Below, piece after piece: positions 12,591 to 26,640 of a stretch of 64,000 nt of DNA. Both the position numbers and the translations under genes were made by a program. Source of the stretch: Camelus ferus (Eukaryota); assembly GCF_009834535.1 (NCBI RefSeq), contig NC_045696.1, positions 77,502,001 through 77,566,000 on the forward strand, in the 5' to 3' direction. Every line of letters begins with the position of its first letter. Positions within the stretch are counted from its first letter, which is position 1. The notes under the pieces were generated by a model. The model ran no database searches. It was given only the letters and a program-made list of their open reading frames with translations, and was not told the origin of the DNA.

Positions 12591-14739
12591 TCATTAGCTA
12601 CCTTTCATAAACAAAGGGTCGAACAACACCATATGATTTCAGTGCATATGGATAATAATAAGTTCTTCTATTTTCCTCCAGGAGAGAAGGAAAATTAGTC
12701 TCTTTTTTATATCTGCATACCCGTGACATTTGTTTTTATTCATATTTATGCATACATTATATTTTTTGAATTTGTATTTTTTTAAATAGCATATGTGCAC
12801 CTTAAAAAGTATGCTAACTTAGAATACTTTCATAGATTTAAGAATTCTCAGTTTAGGTAAATTAGACATATAGCCAAAAAATTTCAAAAAGATTAGTAAA
12901 AGCATTGAAGAATAAAATATTAGCAATTGGTTCATTTAACAAGCGTTTTTGAAGCTCTCATGATTTATTCCTATCGTCTGTTTTTGACATTAGTATTACT
13001 GATTTGAACTAAAATTGTAAAGACATCATGCCAGTTCTATATCTGATGCCAAAAATAATAATACTTTTTAAAATATCAATCTTTCTCTCAAGACATTGTT
13101 ATAAGCTCCATTCATTTCCTTTTTTAGATTTTCCCATTTTTCTCCTGAAGAATCTATGGATTCCTCCTTTCATATGGAAGCCATTTGATGAGCCTGTTTT
13201 CACCTCTACTTTGGTTTCTTTGCATCAGTAATAGAATCATTGTTATTATCACCAAGACCTAAGCCATTATCTGATAAGAACAATTATTCTTCACATTCAG
13301 TTTTGGATATTTGATATTTCTTATTTTGTTCTCAATAGGCGTATCCTCTTCACATGCTGGAAATGAAAATTCATTCTTTTCTGTAAGAGAATTATCATTC
13401 ATCTCATTAATGTATTTGATTACCATTTCTCTCTTCATCACTGCAACTAAGATGCTACTTTCCCTATTACTTTATGACTTTAATTAGTGTTTCTGGTATT
13501 TTCTGATACTTAATATACAGGTAGTACAAGAAAACATACTACCTAATAAACTGATGTATAAATAAATTTCAGCCTTAAGAACTCCTGAACTTGGAAAGAA
13601 TAACAGTTTTATTGGATTTATCCTCTTTTATTGAAGTGAAACCAAAAGCATGGCAAACATAGAACATTTACTTATGCTTTATGCATTCCCCACAATATAA
13701 CAATTTGTCCAATGCATAGGAGATTTTATGAACAATGCACTTTCTTTAACTGTAACCAAAATAGCGTCCAGATCTAAAATGAGAATGGGGAGTGGGGAGA
13801 AAACAGTCATTTTATGGATGTCTAAAATAGCAGCTTTGAAAACAAAGCATTCAACCAGGCAAATTAATTCCACCAATATCTTTCCCTCTGGCATTGGCTA
13901 ATGTGCTTGCAACCTAATTTGTTGGTTGCTGAAACCAAATGAAAGATGCAGCTAACTACCCTAGAAGAGATATTTGATAATGTAATAAAGATTAAGTGAC
14001 CTTGCTACATTTAACTATAGAACACTGCTTCCGGTGACCCTCTGGAAAAAGTACCGTGTGCTCTAGAGTAATACGGGCATTTTTTAAAAGAAATGTTTCT
14101 ATGATTCTAAGGATAACATTTCAAAAGGGTATGAGATTAGTAGGTTGGAAAACTAAAAACAAAAACAAACAAACAAAAAACCCTTCAAATTTTAACTATA
14201 CACAATCAAGAAGAGGAAAGAATTAGAGCTATCAAACACTGGCACACACTTTAGGCAGTGGAGTTCTCTACTGGAGAAATAACTTGGTAATATGGTAGAA
14301 TCACAAGATTAATCAGACTACACTTCTTAAAAGTGTAAAGAAAGTTCTAGGTATAGATCAGTCAACCAAAGATAGTTCATTTTATTGAAAAAAAATTTTT
14401 ACAGTCATATAAAAGGAATATATGAGACAAAATGTTTGCTGAATAGTGTATGTCTGTAAAGTGCCATGCATACATAAGTGGAAAAGTATTTATTATACTA
14501 TACGGATCTCAGGTGGGAGAGAAAGTTAATTCTGTAACAGTAAATACTCTCACAGCATTATTATTGATTTGATATTTTCATACAAGGTGATGCTCTTCAC
14601 GCTGTTGTCATTAATGGTTTTTCAGGTTAATTGTCTATTTTCTCAACAATATAATCTGACTGTAGTCTTCTACTTGACTTTAGTAACTAGTCTTTGAGGT
14701 TCTGAATGTGGAATCTAGAAATATAGTTATCAAATTATC

Positions 14740-15260
14740 TCCTGACATGCTTATAAATAACAGGTAAATGTGGATGGAATGAGCACGCCATTAGGAAATT
14801 TTGTAATTGCCAAATGCCTGTATTCAAGTAGTCTTAAATGATGGACAGATGGCTTACTGGAAAGTGACTTTTACTGCACCCGGTAGTCTCTGCCCTCAGT
14901 TCTGACCTGTTCAATACATAGTTTCAACTTGGATAATAACCTTGATAGCAGGCATTTCAGATATCACAAAGCTGAGGAAGATAGTTTATATTTTGGATGA
15001 GAGTACTGGGTTCCAAACCTTATAGTATTGAAAATATTATAGTAAAAATAATAATTTGTTTGAAAAAAATACATGTGGGTCTAAGGAGAAAAATATTACT
15101 CCTTATGAGAAGAAAAAATAGTCAATGATTTTGCTTGACTATAAGCTCAAGTTAGAGTATATTACTTCTGTACTACATATAAATATCTGCACCATTGTAT
15201 TGAACGCTAGGAATCAAAATTCTAAAGGAACATTGACAGATTAAAGGCATTACAGAGGAT
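14740..15260 (+). mobile_element. L3/CR1 LINE, RT-region remnant
   Basis: ctctgccctcagttctgacctgttcaata...acttggat...tttcagatatcacaaagctgaggaagatag resembles the decayed CR1 GSVLGPVLFNIFINDL...FADDTKLG coding sequence. Confidence 0.6.
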
Positions 15261-17739
15261 GGCAAACAATATTAAGTAATTTATTTATTCTACAGAGATT
15301 TTATAAGTCCCTATTATGTCATATATCAATCTGATAATAAGAGATATGGGTGAAGATGAATATTAAATAATTACTTAATTAAATTTACCGTGGAAGCGGT
15401 CAAAAACAATTATCATCTATCATAACAGTATATTATAGAAAGTCCTAAATTATTTTAGTCTGCTAGTTTGCCTTCCGTCCAATCTGTTAGGGAGTTCATC
15501 TAGGAAACCGCACTGTCCTGCTATGTCTATCTTCATAAGGTGTTAATGTTTCAACATTTTACTTGTATGGTGTTTTAGTGGTAAGGGATGCTCTTGATTC
15601 AAATTGTGGCAGTGTCGACATGCATAGAAGCCAGTGATTTGACACTTGCATCTAACAAACATTGTCATCCAAGGTGGAACCTCACTTTAGAGAAAGTGAG
15701 ACTGAGGTAGAAGGGAATGTGGAGTGGTGAGCTAGACTGAAGGTGGAGGTGGCACCAGGAAAGCAGAAGGCCTCCTCTGCAGGGTTCCAAGTGTATCATA
15801 GAAGGAGTCATCTTGAGGAAGGGATTGATGAGGAAGCTGTTCATGGGCATCTCACAGCACTGGTCCAGCAACCTGGCACAGGCCTCCCTCATTAATTTTG
15901 ATGAATAATAGCACATATTTTATGATATCAGGGGGTTTCACAGCCTAAATATGTAATCACTATATTTACTATTTTCTCCAGCTTATTAAGCTACCTTCTA
16001 CAACTATTTTTGAAAGTTATGTGTTGGATTATGTATTGAGTTATGCTATATAGTATTTTCCCCTAATGATCAGGATGGGTATAAATTGCAGTGAGAAATA
16101 GCTGATTTTTAGTGAAACTTCTGTAAGATACTCTTTACATAAACAGGCAACACCCATGTAAAGATGTGCCATTGCACTATTTGCTTAAAGTGGCTGAGAT
16201 AGGACTGCACCACTGCAGGCTCTGTCTGTGTAAAGGGCCATACCCTCTTCCCTCAGGATATCTTTACATGGGACCATATGAAATATGATTAGTGTGAGGG
16301 TGTCACTGATAATAATCCTTATCCTAAATATTAGTAAAGCTAAACATTTCTCTAACTTTAGAATTTCTAGATCTCTATATAAATAATACCGTTCTCCCGA
16401 ACTTTATCAGCCACTGCAAGGTATACACCAGTGCCCTGCAGAGCACCTGGGAAGAAGGTGAATCATCCTTTCTTCCTGTACCCAGCCGTAGGCACTCTGG
16501 GATTTCACTGTTAGAAACAGCCATGATTCTATGAGAGCCACTCTTGTAGCCTGTCCTCTGCAGTAGAGCACACAAAAGTGGACTAGCTGTCACATTAGAC
16601 TGAACTGTGAATATAATTTAATATTCTTTGAGCATATTGTAATAGCATTTTTAGACATTTTTCTCTATTCTCAAAATCAGGGCAAAGCTGTGCTTCCCCA
16701 GAATAGCTTTGTTTCTATCTTATGAACATTGGTTGTGTTCCCTTGTTTGCCTTTGCAACATGTAAGCAAACGTGAATTTGTAATCAAACCCTAGTTAAAT
16801 GTGTTAAGCATTATGAAAACATTTTCACACATGTTCATGCTTGGTTTACCTATGTTCAGTACCTTACTCAGATCCCATATTTATTCAGTTTATCCTTTAG
16901 TATTACTAAATATCATGTCTTTCGTGGAAGATAGAAGACAGGAGTAAGAGTTGATAACCACTTGAAAGCATAAGTACTATTGTAGTAATTCAGATGAATA
17001 AATTCTAAAGAATTACATACAAACCCATATACACTGTATATATAAACATATATGTGTAATGTTACGCAGTTTATAACTTAACAATCATATAGCATAATAC
17101 ATGGTGTATAACATATAATCCATAATGTATAATACGTATATAATACATATACAAAATAATGTGTCTCTACTAGAGTGTACTCTTTGTGGGGTGGTGTGTG
17201 TGTGTGCATTTTTTTCATGGCTTGAGGTGTGTTTGAGAAAGTGGTAGAGAAAACAGAGGATATGTAGGGATTGGGAGATTGGGGAAATACTCTGACAGCA
17301 CTGCAGCCTGAAAGAATTAACTATTTTATGAAAGGAAGCTGTAAGAAACAGTGGCTAAAGGCATAAATCAGCTGCTTTTCAGTATAACAATTTTTGTAGG
17401 TCCAATTCTAAATGTTTTTCTAATCTTGATTATTATTTCCTATATGACCCATAAATTATCTAAAGGTAATTTTTCCCCTAAGTAAATGCTTTTTATTGTT
17501 TTCTTTTTATTACTCATTTTTAGCCTGATTGCACGCTAATCAAAGAATATTTGCATGTAACAAATCTTTTTAAAATTTAATGAGATATTTTATAACTATA
17601 TATAATTATATATTATATATGTATATCACCTGTATAACACATATTATGTATGCGTTTGTAAATGTACATGTATAATATATATGTATGTGTGGATATAAAT
17701 GTATATAGTTAGATAGAGATATAAATATCTCCATTAAGT

Positions 17740-18240
17740 CAAGTCTGTTAACATGATGGTAGATTTCTCAGTTTTTTTTCCTTATAGTGTCTTGTTAAAT
17801 TGTCCTTAGGCTACAAAAAGTTTATTTACATTTATATCTCATAATGAACTGAAGCTTTTATCATTACTGTTTGTACTCTTAATTCCTTATAATGTTTTAG
17901 CCATCAATTCCATTTTGCCTAATGTTAACATGGCTACACCAGTCTTCATTTGGTTAGTTTTATTTTGTGATTTTTCCATTCATGTCTTTTATACATTTTT
18001 GCCTTTAGGAATTAGGTACCACTCACATAAACAGTATGTAGCACTCTTTTAAATCCTTTTTGACCGTTTCCATTTCTATTAGGAGTTTTTACCTATTTAC
18101 TGTGATTTCTAGTGTATATGGATTTATTCCTGTCATCAGTTTGGGGCTTTCTATTTCTATTTTCTATCTTTCTGGTTAACATTTTCATAGGTTTTTTCTA
18201 CTTGCTTTCCTTTAGCTTAAGGTTTTATTTGTTCCACTCC
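17740..18240 (-). mobile_element. Old L1 (L1M/L1ME-like) fragment
   Basis: T-rich; ttttgcctaatgttaacatggctacaccagtcttcatttggttagt is the antisense ORF2 endonuclease region. Confidence 0.7.
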
Positions 18241-21200
18241 TTAGGAAGTTAAATAGTAAATAAACTTATTTCTCTCCAGCTTCCTGGCTTTTCCCTTCTT
18301 CAGAGTGGCTTTCACTCTAGTTCATTCTTTCACTGAGACTGTAGCCCTTTGAGGTTCCAATTTTGGAAGGAGCTCTCCTGTTTGTGCTTTATCTTTGTGT
18401 TGAGCATAGGCTTTTTCTCTTGGTCCTCACACCCTTGCTTATCCATCGAAACTGAATTTCAAGGTTACTTGCTTTCAGAGGCCCACAGGCCTTACATGAG
18501 CAAGCTCATGTCCTCTTCATCTTATAGCTCCAGAGGATTCGTTTTTGAGGATTTGATTAACAGGTTTGTTATTTTTTTCCGATCCAGCCTTGTGGATTAT
18601 TTTCAGCGGGCAGTTGTCATGTTGCCGTACTTCTAGCCAGAGAGTCACTTGGAGGAGTTTAAGGAGATTGAAGAATAATTGCGAGTACAGACTCTGGAGG
18701 ATAACATTACAATGAGCTGTACTAAAATACTCATTTCTTCATGCTCCTATTTCTAGAGTTCCAGGAGCGAATACTTTTACTTTGAAACGTTTTAGTACTG
18801 TAATTCCTTTGATACGATTTGTATAGATTCTAATTAACTGTGTTTCAAAATCTTTTTCTTTCTTCTTTAAAGGATTATATGCCCTTTAAATCTGTAAGAA
18901 TTTTATTACTATGTCTCATCCTGATTCCTTTTCTAGCTCAGATGCTGTTTATTTGATACGAAAAATACCTGAGCTGAACCTTGCAAGTGGTCTTTAAAAC
19001 TTCAATTAGCTTTTTTAATGTATTTCATGCATTTATAGCATCAAAGAGACACATTATTGCAAATTAATTTTGATGATGGTCTTCTCTACAGTTGTTATTT
19101 CTAGGAGAGGATGAAAAAGTCAATTTCAACTCAATTTGTTTTTTGAATATTCCCGAGAATGTGTTATTTTTAAATTTATAAAATAAATCCTTTGTACCAT
19201 GTTGATATTTTAAGTGACGATAAGCAGGTGAAATGGGTTTAAGACAATTTACAAATGTTTTGCTGTGATTTGAGGTAAACATAGTATTTCCATTTAATTT
19301 AGCATCATGCAAAAGAGAATGTTATAAAATTTGAGTGACAGTGACCATAAAGGTATTCATTTTTCTGTCAATATTTTATAAAAATTTAATCCTAAATATT
19401 TACATTATTATTGAAAATATGGGAACAAGAGTCCAAATTTCACCTACCACAACGTGGAGTTGCTTTCTCCAGTCCCAAATAAGACACTGCTTATGACCAT
19501 CTGTGAAATCCTCAGTTTGAGAGACAAAGTAGTGGTGGGGCTCAAGTACAATATTGTTGGAAAGAAAAGTCATGTTGAGTTATTTTGAGAGGGTATTAGA
19601 ATGATTGAATATGGACTCTAGAAACTCAGTTATCTAATAATTAGCATGTATATTATATATATAATTATGCTATGGTAAGCAGTATAGGAAAAATCCAGGT
19701 CCTTGTGGTCCCATGTCCTGAATTTTTTAAAAAAAATGAATAGTTTGGTTTTTCTCAGATTCCTGAGCAGTAATAACCTCCTCCCTATAGGGATTGCAAT
19801 TGCTTCCTAGGGCAGCCGGAGAACAAAAGAGCTCTTTGTTCTGCTTGCTCCCAAGGCATTTATTAACTGAAATAGGTGAGAAAAAAGGAGGGCTCTAGGC
19901 CACTTCAGAACTAGGAGTGACTGTCAAAATCCACTGGATTTGGAGCAGACAGTTCTCACTCAGAAATCTTTGACTTCAATCAATTTAATGTTTGCCCTGG
20001 AGGGAGCTCAAGGGTACACTGAGGAATGGGCAGAAGAAAATCTAGGGGATTGATGAAATATATGGGCAATTTATTATCCCAGCTACCTCCTCCGCCTCAG
20101 TTTGGGGCAGCGAGTCCTGAGAGCATGGTGAGTTTCCTAGATGGAAAGCTTGGAATGCCTGCAACCTTGAGGGCAACGAGGCAGCAGCTTGGTGGATGAT
20201 TTTGTGGAATTTTTAAAAATTTTCTTTAAAAAACAAAGAATTCAGCTAAGAAATAGAAAAATCAGACTATTATAACAAAGAGAAATTTACCTGATTTTTG
20301 TAAACCTAAACAAATACAAATGCCTTAGAAGACATTTCACAGATGCCTGTAGGTCTGCATGCATGTCCACACCCAGCTCATCTAACATTAGCAGTGCTCC
20401 CCAGGGTTTCTTAAGCTCCTGCTTAATAGAAGAATGGTAAATAAATGTGCAAAACAAAACATTGAGAAGAAGAAAGACAAGACAGTGGTGTAAAGATGAG
20501 TTCGCTAAATGAATGAGGAGAAAGTAATCATAACCAGGTTGATAGTAAGGAAGTAAAATAGCTCTGAAACAAGGCGTGGCTTTGATCTAAAAGCAAACAT
20601 GCTATATACGGACTTGATCCATGTTTTAAAATAGAGACAATGTAAATGCTTGTCTTTCCCCTCCATTAAAAAAATTAAAATAAAAGCAAACACAAATACT
20701 TTTTTTTTTAAATCAGGCTGTTTTGTGATTACCTATATTCCTTCCTTTCTTAGGGCAAATTAAAAAGCAATTAGGTATTTCATGGATAATGTCTTTACTT
20801 GTAGACAAAAATGTGTGACATCATTAGAAATAGCTTATCTGGCTGAATTTGTTCTAATATAATTAAGCAGAATAGATTTATTTATTCTAAATGCATAAAA
20901 CTCACGGCTCTGTATGGTATTCTTTAGGACCTTGATTAAAAATAGCATGTCTGCATTTTTAAGAAATGCTTACCAACTGAGCTCATTCCAAGGGAGCATA
21001 ATGCCAGCAGTTGAAACAATGAATTAGATTTTCAAACATGCACATTGCTTTGTTGCTTTTGCCAGGAACATGACCACTGCTGAAGAACCTTTCCCAATTC
21101 TGCCTCTTGGCACATGAGCAGCCATTGTTCCATTAGCATCTTTCATTTGAGGAAAGGATGGATATATATGACATCTAGCTAATTAGGAAAAAATCCTTTT

Positions 21201-21954
21201 CACTTTTCTAATTTTATATACTTTCATGTATTCATTAAAACACTTGGTCAGATTTTCTCATCCTTCATGCTTGAGTCTGCTAACCATTCATCTATCTGAT
21301 AAAATCTGACTGTCTGGAATTGAACTTGTTTTCCCTAAATCTTTTCCTTAATGCCTAAAATCTTCACAATAATCCTCCTTTTACAACACATTTTAAACTC
21401 TGTTCTCTAAGGTTCTGGGATTCATTGATGTGTCCTCAAGAGATGAGAAGACACAATTCAGGAAAAAAAATTAAGAAGTGAAACTCCATGCTTCCTATAC
21501 CGGTTTCAGCCATGCTTGGCTTACTTTTTATGTGTTCAGATTCCAGACAAAATTTTGTTACAGATTTAAAAAAAGATAGAGAGAGAGAGAGACTACAGCT
21601 AAAAATGAAAAAACTTGAGAAACATTTTAAAATAAATACATTCAAGATTTCTGTTGAAATGCAAACGTTGGGTAGGAAGGACACGATATCCTACTGAGTA
21701 TCATTTATGAACACCTTCATGGGAATAATTTGACCACACTGGATGCCATCAACTATAAAATGCCTGATACAGACTGTCAATTTTGATGTCAGGGAAGGAA
21801 AGGGTTAAAGATTTTCATTCACTCCAGTTTTAAGAAGGTGGCTTTTCCCTAGGATTTATAAGCAACCAGGAGAAAAAAACAGATAAGCAGGAAAAAAATG
21901 TACAAAATTTGCAATCAAAAAAAAAATGTAATCCATCAGCGTTACACAGAAGAC

Positions 21955-22544
21955 CAGGTGTATTAGCTTCCTAGGGCAGTTGAAACAAAGCACTAGCATA
22001 AAGTGGGTGGACTGAAACAACAGAGATTTATTTTCTCGCAGTACCGAGCCAGAAGTCTAAATCAAGGCCGTGTTCCCTCTGACATGCATAGGGGAATCCT
22101 TCCTGGACTCTTCCTACCTTTTGATGGTTTGCTAGAAACTTTTGGCATTCCTTGTTCTCCTTGAAAGGAAACCAGTCATGTTGAACTATGGAACCCACCC
22201 TATTTAAGTATGACCTCACCTGAGCTATTATATCTGCCATTACCATAATTCCAAATAAGGTCAGATTCTGAGGTGCTGGGGGTTAGGATTTTTTTAGGGT
22301 GGGAACAAATACAATTAAACCCATAGCATCAGGGTTCAGCAAACTACCCATGGGCCAAATCCAGCCACTGTTTCTATCAATAGGGTTGTACTGTAACACA
22401 GACAACCAATTATGTTATGTGTTATTTATGACTGCTTTCATCCGACAATCATAGAGTTGAAGAGTTATGAATGATAACTTAAGATTTCTTAAAATCTGAG
22501 TATTTGCTGTCTAACCTTTTGTACAAAAAGTTTGCTGACCTCTG
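21955..22544 (+). mobile_element. hAT-Charlie MITE MER58A, interrupted by an MLT1 LTR
   Basis: cagg[MLT1]gttcagcaaactacccatgggccaaatccagcc...aaaaagtttgctgacctctg with terminal inverted repeats; 8-bp TSD cagaagac (21947-21954) / cagtagac (22545-22552). Confidence 0.85.
21959..22328 (-). mobile_element. MaLR solo LTR (MLT1B/C-like)
   Basis: tgtattagcttcctagggc...ccaaataaggtcagattctgaggtgctgggggttagga...cccatagca; TG..CA ends; 5-bp TSD ccagg/tcagg. Confidence 0.85.
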
Positions 22545-22607
22545 CAGTAGACTAAAGTCATCCTTCTTTTTGTTAATTTTCAAATCACAATGAGAGAGAG
22601 AGAGACT

Positions 22608-23095
22608 ATGGATTGGATTAAAATATATTGCCACAAATTTTGTAGCTTATTCCATCGAGAGATGGAGTCTACGTACCATCCCTTAAATCTGAACTGAACT
22701 TGAAATCTTTTCGACTAAGAATGTGGCTTGTGATATTGTCTGAGATGTGCGTTCTGGGCCTCGAGAGATTCTCCAGCTTCTTTCTTTGTCCTAGTAGGAT
22801 GCTTCCTTCACAAAGGCAGGACTAGACTCCAAATGATGAGCAGTAGATCGAGTTTGATAGTGAATGGGACTGTCCTAAATCTTCCATCCAGAGCCAACAG
22901 GGCTCTGGATAGTGAACCGGACTGTCCTATATCCTCCAGGCTATAGGTGAACAGCTACTGGGGGCAAGAGCATCAGAGGGATCCCAGCTAAGCAGCCATC
23001 CAACCCACAGGTTTATGAAAACTAATAAATCATTATTGCTTTAAGGCACTAAGTTTTAAATTGGTTTGTTACACAGCCATAAGTAGCAGACAGAA
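22608..23095 (+). mobile_element. MaLR solo LTR (MLT1G/H-like)
   Basis: gccacaaattttgtagcttattccatcgagagatggagtct...taataaatcattattgctttaaggcactaagttttaaattggtttgttacacagc. Confidence 0.75.
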
Positions 23096-24939
23096 ACACT
23101 AAGACTTTGCGAATACATTTTTTTTTTTTGTGGGGGGTGGAAATTTATCTGAATGTGTATTACCTAGCTTCTTAGTGGTAACTGATATAAGCAGAAATAC
23201 CTTCCCATAGCTCCCCCAGAGTTTGCTATTCCTCAGGGAGACGAATGTTTCAGTTTCCCTCTCTCGTCAGTTTAAAATCTGACATTTCCTCCTTTTGAGT
23301 AGTTCACTAAATTCTTTAATATGGTACTACACAATCCAGTATTTCTTGTTCATAAAGTAAAACTTCTGGTTGTTTATTAAAGTTAATATATGTATAGTGT
23401 GATCAGAATAAAATAACAAAACTATTTCATTTTTATGCTGACTTTGATATAACCCAACAATTAATTTTAATATAATTTTTATCAAAACAGTGTGAGAACC
23501 ATGGCCCTGCATGCATTTCTGTATCTAGAATTGAAAAATCCAGTTATATGCCCTCATAATAAGGTAAAGTAACAGATGAAATATGCTTTACTTGATGTGA
23601 AGTGAATCAGCTATGAATAATGTCCCATTTCAAAAAATATTTCACTAAAAAGAGTTGAAGCTGCAGTGATTTTTCAATAGAATAAAGAACGTCACCTACA
23701 TACTATCCCCCAAGATACATATTTAACTATAAATATTTACAGCAATTTCAGCTATTTGATGTTATACTTTCTGCCTCCATAGGAAAGAGTTTTATAGAAG
23801 AAATTTGTACAAATGAATGGTCTTTTGTTTGTATGTGTTTTCTTTTCTTTCTTTTTTTTTTAGGTAGTTGGTTGCTTGGGTAGTTTTATTGAATATACCA
23901 TAGGGAACACTAACTACAAACATAAAATATACATTCTTAAATTAGACATAGAAGACTGGCCCTGCTTGTATTGAAGCTAGAATATATCATGGTAAAGGCC
24001 TTCTTTGAGACAGCTTGAAAGTTGTCGTGACTTAATGAAGACAAAAGATATGGGAGATGTGAAACTTACTAGCACAGAAATAAGTCAGTGCTGTCCAGTT
24101 CAGATGCAAGAAAGTATCTTATTTAAGTATTCACAGAGGGCAGGAGGGGAGTGAAGAGACTAAGATCTATTCTTTCCTAGTCCTGATAGCACTTGTAAAG
24201 TCCACACTTGCTAAGACTCACAAATCTTGAACGTTAATACTGAGAGTAAAAAGAGAGAGCTGTAACTTCAATTTGCAAGCACCCCTCTCTGTAACAGACT
24301 CAGTAAAGCTCCCTTAACTACTTTCATGCCTGCCTTTTTATTTTTACTTCTCATTTCTCAACACATACCATATTTTCCCACTTGATTGTAAACTTGTTTT
24401 ATTAGATAATAGTAAAAACAAAATTGGGGGAAAAGACCAATCTTTTATTGTAATAAAACTATCCAAGTTAATTCCATTCTAAATCTTAGCATTGCTCAAC
24501 TATAGGAAATTGAAAGAAGCATTCACTATCTAATAAAATGCTAACTAATTACTAATGAATTAAGAAGGGAAAAAGTACTAAGAGTAAACTATAGAGCTCT
24601 CTTGTGTACATATCCACTCTACAGTTCCTCAGTTAACATAATTTTTTAACCAGGAAGTGGGTAGCCACTGCATAATAGAGCTAGATTAAGGAAGTCCATT
24701 TTAGCCATTGCTTTTTCAAGAAAAATGCATGAAACAATAGAAGTTGTAGCTGAAAAATAGGCAATGCCTACACTAGATAAGATGTCTCTGCTACTCTGTT
24801 TTATCAAGTTACACACACTGACAGTGGCACATCTACTTTGCATCAAATAGCACAGCCACAATAATCCATCAGTTCTCTGCATCATGCCTAACATATGTTC
24901 TTAGGTGTAGGGTTTGGGTTGCTATAGAAAATAATCTTT

Positions 24940-25450
24940 ACATTTTTTATTAATAATTACTTATTTTTAAATCATGTCTTTTCTCAGAACTATTTCGTCT
25001 ATACCATCTCTTCTTTTATCCATTCCATTCTGCGGGAGTAAATTCTGGAGTAATTATTTCTGAACAGAATGATGGGTGGTGATTTTCTCAGCCCTTGCAC
25101 ATCCAAAAATGTATCTATATTGCAAGCATCCTTGAATTTTACTTTGGCGGTGTGTTTAAAATTCTCATAATTTTAAAGATTGTTTTCCATTCTATTCCAT
25201 TGTTTTCCATTCTAACATTCAGTATATTTGTTTGGACTTCTGATGAAAACCTAACCTTTGTCTCAGTAAAGGAAACTTGTTTTTCCTTCTGTGGAAGTTT
25301 TAAATGTTTTATTTCTATTCTTGGAGCCCAAAATTTCATCAAGATATATCCATATATGCTTTGCTGGTTTGTTTACATTAACCTTGCATGCTACTAAATT
25401 CATCCTTTGAATATAAAGACTGTCTTTTATTAGCACTGAAAAATTTTCTT
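24940..25450 (-). mobile_element. Old L1/HAL1 ORF1-region remnant
   Basis: T-rich; ttggcggtgtgtttaaaattctc and tttaaagattgttttccattcta resemble antisense ORF1. Confidence 0.5.
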
Positions 25451-25457
25451 CATTTAA

Positions 25458-25870
25458 TGTAGTAAACCCAGTACCCCTTCCCCTAAACCCTCAGTCAATT
25501 TTGGCAGAGCACCATTCACACGGACAATGTAGAGCTACCTGCACGCACATGCTGGTAGTCCTGATATTTGGATAGAATGGAATTTGTTGCCAAATTCACT
25601 ACTTCAGTAGTGCGAACTGCTGTCCTTAGGCCAAGCAGAATGTATCAACCCACTAGACAAAGTGACTGGTTCAGAGATAGGCTTCCAAGCCAACCAGAGG
25701 CAATAAGACGTCATGAGAGTTTTCTTCAGATTTTTCAGGTGAGATCAACTCTCTCCTTTCACATGCAAGTGTAAGATAAAAGCTTAAAATTGCCCAAGGT
25801 CTCCAAAGAGGGTTAGCAAAAGGGAACATCTAGAGGAAATGAAGAAAAATATCATAAATGCACTGCTTTA
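25458..25870 (+). mobile_element. Old ERVL LTR fragment (LTR16/LTR33-like)
   Basis: TG start; gtgactggttcagagataggc...aagccaaccagag motif typical of old ERVL LTRs. Confidence 0.4.
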
Positions 25871-25875
25871 GACCA

Positions 25876-26640
25876 TGTATGCTGGATTGTGCTATGTTGA
25901 TTTTAGTTAACCGGGCACTACATTCCCCAAAATATTCTTCCTTTATGGCTGATGGTTAGAGTTGGTCAAAGAGGAACTGCACAGCATTCTAAAAGCAAAG
26001 GTGAAGCCACGTTACTCTCAGAAGGTCATTGTGATCAAACGAGATGCCTCATAGCCTCAGGGGTTCCTGGTCAGTCCCAGCTTGTCCTTTCTGTCTACTC
26101 TGTGTCCAGCTAGTCTTCCTGACTTGTAGCCCTGATGACTAATACGAGCCCCAAACATACTACGAGATACTTGGACGCAGACCCACAGAGGTCGTAGGAT
26201 GGAGCTACCTGGGACAACAGGCTCTCATAGACTGCTTTAGTGCTCTCCCTTTGTGATTCTTTTGTGATTGCTGAACATGCTTGGCTTATCAGCTTTTCCC
26301 TGAAAGCTCTTATTTATTCGACTATACAGTACTTTGAGGAGTACTAGTCAGTGACCGTTTCTCTGCTTCTTCTAAGCCCCATTTCAGACCCTCATTTCCC
26401 CAGCTCCTACCACCCTCTGTAAGGTTTAATTTTATACTAAGTATCTTATTTCTATAATACCCACAGTGGCTCTGCTTCTATGACTGATAGAAATATTGCT
26501 AGGAAAGGTAGGCTTGGTTGATTTCTTTAGGAGAATTTGAAGAAAGAAAATGATAAATTCAGTTCAGAGCTTTAAATATCTACTCAAGATCTGTGTAAGT
26601 AATCAGAAAGGCTTTAAGACTTTTCTGAAAGTAATGCCAC
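25876..26640 (+). mobile_element. ERVL LTR (LTR52-like, to ~26490) with adjoining internal-sequence remnant
   Basis: actacattccccaaaatattcttcc near the start; tgtaaggtttaatt...cagtggctctgcttctatgactgata at the end; then gaagaaagaaaatgataaattcag...tttaaat, like the start of ERVL/MaLR internal sequence. Confidence 0.6.
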
